Shown: positions 59,322 to 64,000 of the stretch, piece by piece
Layout of the letters: each line of letters starts with the position of its first letter
Numbering within the stretch: position 1 is the first letter of the stretch
Assembly: GCA_000146465.1 (NCBI GenBank)
Contig: CP001945.1
Direction: 5' to 3' (one strand)
DNA: 64,000 nucleotides
Program-made: the position numbers and the translations under genes
The notes under the pieces: model-generated
What the model was told of the DNA's origin: nothing
Seen by the model: the letters and a program-made list of their open reading frames with translations, nothing else
Database searches by the model: none

Positions 59322-60269
59322 CTAGTCCTGAAATGACTCTGTATGTTCTTCGATTGCCCAAATGTTCAAAAGACTCGAAGATGAAACAAACTGAGCATAA
59401 CAAGGATTGAAGCGGACCTTTGCATTGTCGAAGCCGTGTGCCTTATATGTATGCAATCTTCTTTTGGTTTTAAGATGATAAACGAATATGGAGCTGTTTT
59501 CGCAGCAAAGGAAGAATTTCGAGTCTGGGGTAACGCATCCATTGCTGCCTTTCTCCAGACTTATTGAGCTTTTTATTGCCCCATCTGGTCCAAGGAAGAG
59601 ATGGCCTTTTTCGTCGGACGCTATTATGAAATTTCCATCCGTAGAGTAAAATATTTCCTTATACCTTCGCTCTGGAAGCGACGAAGTATTTTTTGGTCCC
59701 TTTGGATTTCTTTTATCGTATACCTTAAGGAGAGTATCATTAATTAGTGTGGCATAGTCATTAGAAAGGGACAGGGAACTTATGGAGTTAGTTACATTGA
59801 TCCTATACACTGGATTTTTCTTTCTTATGTCCCAGTAGCTCGTGGAGTCAAAAGACGAAGAAAGAATGGCATCTTCCATCGGACATACGGAAAGAGAGTT
59901 TATCTGGCTTTTATGTCCAATAAAGGTTCGAACATACTTATTGTCAAACACAGACAAAAGATGTAGAGAATTGGATGCTGCATGGACCAATGCATTAGGA
60001 TACAAAAACTTGTACTTCTGTATGCTTGGAACATGAATTATGTTTTGGACGTTTCCAGACACCGACGAGTACAGCCTCAATATATTGTTCTGGGTGGTAC
60101 TTAGCAAAAGGCCGTCTGTCGAATATTCCACTTCTTCAGGAGAGGTGTCTGGGCCCAAGGATTTTGACTGTCTAAACTCGGAGAATGCTTCGTCGGTAAG
60201 GATCATTGAAGAAGGAGGGAGAAAAAGGAGGCTAAAAGCGCTCTCAAAAAAACTCGGAGCAAAATACAA
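59322..60269 (-). CDS. WD40-repeat protein (Swd2/WDR82-like?)
   Basis: Several WD-like blades (…FIGHKSQINSLSVCP…, …YKAHGFDNAKVRFNP…). The start is probably the internal MILTDEAFSEF. Confidence 0.5.
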   Translation of the reverse strand: MYFAPSFFESAFSLLFLPPSSMILTDEAFSEFRQSKSLGPDTSPEEVEYSTDGLLLSTTQNNILRLYSSVSGNVQNIIHVPSIQKYKFLYPNALVHAASNSLHLLSVFDNKYVRTFIGHKSQINSLSVCPMEDAILSSSFDSTSYWDIRKKNPVYRINVTNSISSLSLSNDYATLINDTLLKVYDKRNPKGPKNTSSLPERRYKEIFYSTDGNFIIASDEKGHLFLGPDGAIKSSISLEKGSNGCVTPDSKFFLCCENSSIFVYHLKTKRRLHTYKAHGFDNAKVRFNPCYAQFVSSSSLLNIWAIEEHTESFQD

Positions 60270-60320
60270 AGAGGATAGTATTGTGAAGTTTATTTAAAAT
60301 ACAATTGTTTTCACCTCCAA

Positions 60321-60905
60321 TTAAGATAAGTTATATGCTCGAAGTATACTGGCTGTTCTCTTGCTTCGAGGCCTAGACTTTTTGGAAGCTTCTTCATTGA
60401 ATGTTTTGAAGAGTTCATTCCAGGCTTTCTGATCAATCTTAGTCTCGAGCTGGGATAAGATTTCCGAAAGCTTTCTGGGCTCAAAAGCTTCTAGTAAACT
60501 TATCAGGAGCCTTGACTTCTCGTTTGCTGCAAAAGACCGTGTTATCGAGACCATAAACTCTGTGATAAACACTGGATTCCAGGTAAATATAAGCCCGGAA
60601 ATTATTCTAACTCTTTTGTTGTATTTTTCTTTATCTTCTTCTGTTCTCCTGAAGCTCAGGACTTTGATATCCTCAACCAGCATTTTCTTAGAAAAGATTA
60701 TTATGGACTTCAATGTCCAGTCCTTGACTATCCACTTCACGACAATTATGAAGTCCGACGTCTTATAATTATCAACATACTTCTTCATGTTGTATGCAAC
60801 TATACGTGCATTATCCTCGTTTCTTATCCATTCTCCGAAGTTTGCATCATAAGTGTCGTCCATGTATGAGATAGACTTTTCTATCTTTTCTAAACACAAG
60901 CCCAT
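60321..60905 (-). CDS. Hypothetical protein (194 aa); N-terminal MGxCxxK could be myristoylated/palmitoylated
   Basis: Intact ORF beginning MGLCLEK, helical. No motif. Confidence 0.35.
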   Translation of the reverse strand: MGLCLEKIEKSISYMDDTYDANFGEWIRNEDNARIVAYNMKKYVDNYKTSDFIIVVKWIVKDWTLKSIIIFSKKMLVEDIKVLSFRRTEEDKEKYNKRVRIISGLIFTWNPVFITEFMVSITRSFAANEKSRLLISLLEAFEPRKLSEILSQLETKIDQKAWNELFKTFNEEASKKSRPRSKRTASILRAYNLS

Positions 60906-61253
60906 GTCCCTTACTCCTAAGTGACTCTTTTTATACGAAAAGGTTTCTCCTTTAAATTGCTAAGTAATCGGCCAAATCAATGCTTAGAATTAATTAAGAT
61001 ATAGATGACACCCGGGATCTTAATAAAGAAGTTTATAAAGAATGGGCCCTCCAATTTGGATTGCCCTAAGCATTTCAAGAATTTCTAAAGAAACCTTATA
61101 GTCTCCTATTTAATAAAAGGAGAAATAAATAAAATAAAGCAGGATAGATTTATTCATTTGTACTCCGTGAATAGCATCAGAGATGCCGGGAAATCTATTT
61201 GAAAACTTAATATGGGTGGAAGTTGTATGACAGGAAGGCTTTTAATAACTTTC

Positions 61254-62105
61254 TTAAATAGCAAGTTTTGAAACATCTACCTCGTACAGAAAGTCTGAAT
61301 ACAGCCAAAGTATCTTCCTATGGGAATCATATGCGATTGCCTTTGGAGGAAAATACAACTTCACAAGTGTTCTGTGGGAGTTCAAGGAGTACATCTCTAT
61401 CCCATCTGATAGTAGAAATATAAGTATTGTATTGAATATCTTGAATCCTCTATAATTTTTTCCCTTTCTTATTGACTTCAATGTTTCTCCTCTGTAGAGA
61501 ATCAATTCATAGTTGCTCTCAAGAATTAGAAGATCAAGTTTGTTGGAAGTTGCAGAAACAAATTTCAAATGGCTTAGAAACCCGATAGACTTTATAGACA
61601 CTTCTTTCCTATTCCGGGCCAAGTATTGAACGAGACACAGATGATCTTCAACCAGAACATATATATCGGACCCAACCTCTGCAAAGTCTACTATCTTACT
61701 GGGCATAGTTACAATATGCCAGGGTTGAAAGGTCTGGATATCGAGAAAAGATATACCACAACCATGAGAAAAAATCACGTTGTTGCCCACATGGATCTTC
61801 TCTATTCTGCACTCTATTTTTACAAGTATCGGGTTGTCTATTTTGAAGTAGTAGTGCCCGTAGGTCTCGATTTCAAGAAATACAATGTCCTTAAATTTAA
61901 GTATTTCTTTTACTTCATTGGAAGGAAGGAGTACATCTTCTCTTATTAATCCGTTCATGTTAAGGATATGGAGTGTATTTCCAATGCACATGAGCAAGTC
62001 GGATTCCGAAAATTCCATATGCAAGATGCCCCCGTTGAATGAGGCCTTTCTGATCATATCATCCATCTTTGAGATGATTATGATGTTAAGTTGAAAGCAA
62101 AACAT
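61254..62105 (-). CDS. Hypothetical protein (283 aa)
   Basis: Intact ORF with no diagnostic motif. It is preceded by an unusually long 350-bp spacer. Confidence 0.35.
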   Translation of the reverse strand: MFCFQLNIIIISKMDDMIRKASFNGGILHMEFSESDLLMCIGNTLHILNMNGLIREDVLLPSNEVKEILKFKDIVFLEIETYGHYYFKIDNPILVKIECRIEKIHVGNNVIFSHGCGISFLDIQTFQPWHIVTMPSKIVDFAEVGSDIYVLVEDHLCLVQYLARNRKEVSIKSIGFLSHLKFVSATSNKLDLLILESNYELILYRGETLKSIRKGKNYRGFKIFNTILIFLLSDGIEMYSLNSHRTLVKLYFPPKAIAYDSHRKILWLYSDFLYEVDVSKLAI

Positions 62106-62172
62106 GTTTTGAGTCCCAGAAGTGGCTTAGGACCGTAGGATGATATACTGCACAATTCTAGAATTTGAAGTT

Positions 62173-62406
62173 TTATTTCTCTCCCTGGGAGTACGAAAAC
62201 TTTAAAACCTGTTTATCAACCATCTCCAGAACCTTGAGTGTCTCTTTTATTTGGTCTTCAATAAGCCTTCTTTCATATTTGTCCGTGGTTTCACTCATTG
62301 CATCAAGCTTTCGTTTTAGAGTGGCTAGTTCATTTTCATAGGCTTTTCTTTCCTTACCGAGCCTTTGAAGAGCTTCTTCTGCTACAGAGTGTTTTACCTC
62401 TACCAT
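62173..62406 (-). CDS. Small coiled-coil protein (77 aa)
   Basis: Heptad-rich helical ORF (…LQRLGKERKAYENELATLKRKLDAMSETTDKYERRLIED…). It could be a prefoldin- or kinetochore-type small subunit. Confidence 0.3.
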   Translation of the reverse strand: MVEVKHSVAEEALQRLGKERKAYENELATLKRKLDAMSETTDKYERRLIEDQIKETLKVLEMVDKQVLKFSYSQGEK

Positions 62407-62589
62407 TAACGGGCGTGATATTTAAAAATTTATCATTTTCTAGGCATTACGGTTTCAGGCCTCATTTCTACTTAGCATTTATCCCCAGAAAGCGGAAATT
62501 AATTCGGTGTACATACGAAGCGAAATGTTTCTCGAACAATAGTTAAGCCTTCTTTGTAGGATTGAAAAATATGTCTTCTAGATGCCCTT

Positions 62590-64000
62590 ATGATAAAAAA
62601 GATCATTCACAGACCAAAGAAACCGCTTTTTGTGTTTAGAAGGGAGGAGTCTTTGCTCTATGGGCCTAGAGTCAAGAGTGCACCACCAATTGAAATCAAC
62701 TTTGAAACACCCACCAGGGTCGAGCCAAAGCCTGCAGCAAGATTTACAAGACCTGATGGAACACCTATAAGAGAAGAGGATTTGATAGATTCGACAGATA
62801 GTGATGCATCAAGTGAGAGTTCGGTAGAGGCTGAAAATAAGATTGAAGACGTACCACCGGAGACAAATGCAAACGCTGAAATTCATGAAGAGGAAGAAGT
62901 GGAATGCAAAGAAGAAAAGCCAATACAAAAAGATGATAGACCCAGTCTCGAGGATAGAGCATTAATGCTGAATAATCTTTTGAAGAGATTTTCGGAACAA
63001 AGAATCACAGAAAGACGAGGGCCCTGCTATAAGATTGATGAGATTCTTAATACAAAAGAAAGAACAGCAATTCCTCTTGAGCTGAAAATAAGGATTAGAA
63101 GGGAACTGAAAGGAGTATATAGGCCAGACAGCAGCCGAAAGGACACGTGCATTGAACAAGCAAGGCTTGAGTTCAATAGGCTTACAGCCAAGAACATAGG
63201 CCTCGTGATAAAGAATCTTAAGAGCATTCGTGTTGGAACCATCGAAGAGATGAAGGAAGTGTCAAATATTTTATTCGATAAGGCGATTTCCGAGCCTACG
63301 TTTGTAAAGTATTATGCATTAGTGGTTCTCGATCTGAAGAAGGAATGGCAATCAGAGGAGGAGAAGAGTAGAGATGTAAGCCAAACTGTGTTCTTTGGGA
63401 CACTTCTTACTTTGACATTGAAGACTCTCGAGAATAAAGAAAGATGGGGAGATGAGTATAAGAAGAAAAAGGATATGACATTTGAAGAAAGAATAGCCTA
63501 CGAAGAAAAGCTTGAAGAGGCAGAAACAGAAAGATATATAAAGAAAAGGAGAACGCTTGGAACAATCGACTTTCTATCGTCTCTCTACTCCTTGAATGTA
63601 ATAAGCTACGTGCACATGAACGCTTGTATCAATACACTTATGAAATCTGATGACCCAGAAAATATCGAGGTGTTATGCTATTTGATCGATAACATAGGCG
63701 AAAAACTTGTTGTTAGTGGAAAGGAGCACATTATATCGATGATATGTTCCAGCCTTGTACAAAAGAAAAGCAACTATACAAATAGAATTAGATACATGAT
63801 AGAAAGTCTTCTTGACAAGAAGAATTCTTGGAAGTCAAAGGAATTGAAAGCTGTAAATGTGTTCTCCTGTCTAGAAGTCGAAAACGACTATGGAAACACT
63901 CAAGACCCAGAATCTCAAGAACCACACAAAGAAGACGTACTTCCATTTTTAGCATCTTTGTCCGAAGAACTATCGATGGCATACGAGGACGATGACAAAG
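62590..64000 (+). CDS. eIF4G-like MIF4G-domain protein (translation initiation factor 4G); 3' end beyond the window
   Basis: Open frame from the ATG at 62590 to the window end, so it is absent from the ORF track. MIF4G helices …NILFDKAISEPTFVKYYALVVLDLKK…VFFGTLLTLTLK…TLGTIDFLSSLYSLNVISYVHMNACINTLM. An acidic N-terminus and a YKIDEIL motif upstream. Confidence 0.6.
   Translation, partial: MIKKIIHRPKKPLFVFRREESLLYGPRVKSAPPIEINFETPTRVEPKPAARFTRPDGTPIREEDLIDSTDSDASSESSVEAENKIEDVPPETNANAEIHEEEEVECKEEKPIQKDDRPSLEDRALMLNNLLKRFSEQRITERRGPCYKIDEILNTKERTAIPLELKIRIRRELKGVYRPDSSRKDTCIEQARLEFNRLTAKNIGLVIKNLKSIRVGTIEEMKEVSNILFDKAISEPTFVKYYALVVLDLKKEWQSEEEKSRDVSQTVFFGTLLTLTLKTLENKERWGDEYKKKKDMTFEERIAYEEKLEEAETERYIKKRRTLGTIDFLSSLYSLNVISYVHMNACINTLMKSDDPENIEVLCYLIDNIGEKLVVSGKEHIISMICSSLVQKKSNYTNRIRYMIESLLDKKNSWKSKELKAVNVFSCLEVENDYGNTQDPESQEPHKEDVLPFLASLSEELSMAYEDDDK

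Noticed and set aside
1-64000. CRISPR arrays, transposons/IS elements, long tandem or dispersed repeats, rRNA genes
   Set aside because: No direct-repeat/spacer periodicity, terminal inverted repeats, transposase or reverse-transcriptase-like ORFs, or rRNA-like sequence seen. The only repetitive DNA is the internal low-complexity coding repeat of the mucin-like gene and the acidic insert of A190

Overview
This 64 kb window looks like compact, intron-poor eukaryotic nuclear DNA. It is gene-dense (about one gene per 1.1 kb, intergenic spacers mostly 25-250 bp) and uses both strands. Several features point to a microsporidian-type reduced genome: a 225-aa Cet1-like RNA triphosphatase, PDH E1 beta, a Kre2/Mnt1-family mannosyltransferase, divergent EF-1alpha, TATA/GGG-CCC motifs just upstream of start codons, and no CTD-bearing or intron-rich genes. 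I call about 60 protein-coding genes plus two tRNAs (initiator-like tRNA-Met CAT and tRNA-Pro TGG). Most genes are housekeeping. Translation: EF-1alpha, eIF1A, eIF4G (cut by the window end), ValRS, Arc1p-like cofactor, eL32, uL13, eS10. Transcription and RNA: Pol I largest subunit, TBP, an Rpb7/Rpc25-like subunit, a TFIIB-like protein, Cet1, Mtr4, Rpf2, an RRM protein. Chromatin and cell cycle: Arp, Ies6, a SWIB protein, Cdc20, Sac3, RCC1 and Ran. Ubiquitin: Ufd2, a GID RING subunit, Elongin C. Also present are transporters, a lipid acyltransferase and a Kre2/Mnt1-family glycosyltransferase. The less ordinary items are: (1) a secreted Cys-rich, Thr/Val/Lys/Glu-repetitive mucin-like protein flanked by the two tRNAs, which I treat as a candidate spore-wall or polar-tube component; (2) a meiotic toolkit of Spo11 and a Rad21/Rec8 kleisin; (3) a PDH E1 beta gene broken by a 1-nt indel in a G4 run; (4) an orphan, degenerate DEAD-box C-domain protein with no ATPase domain 1; (5) a candidate unannotated small two-TM protein gene with a 26-nt GTAAGT...AG intron; (6) a LisH/LUFS-WD40 protein with a Tyr/Gly/Gln-rich prion-like linker; and (7) a single-module ZPR1 zinc-finger protein. 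I found no CRISPR arrays, transposons or long repeats.
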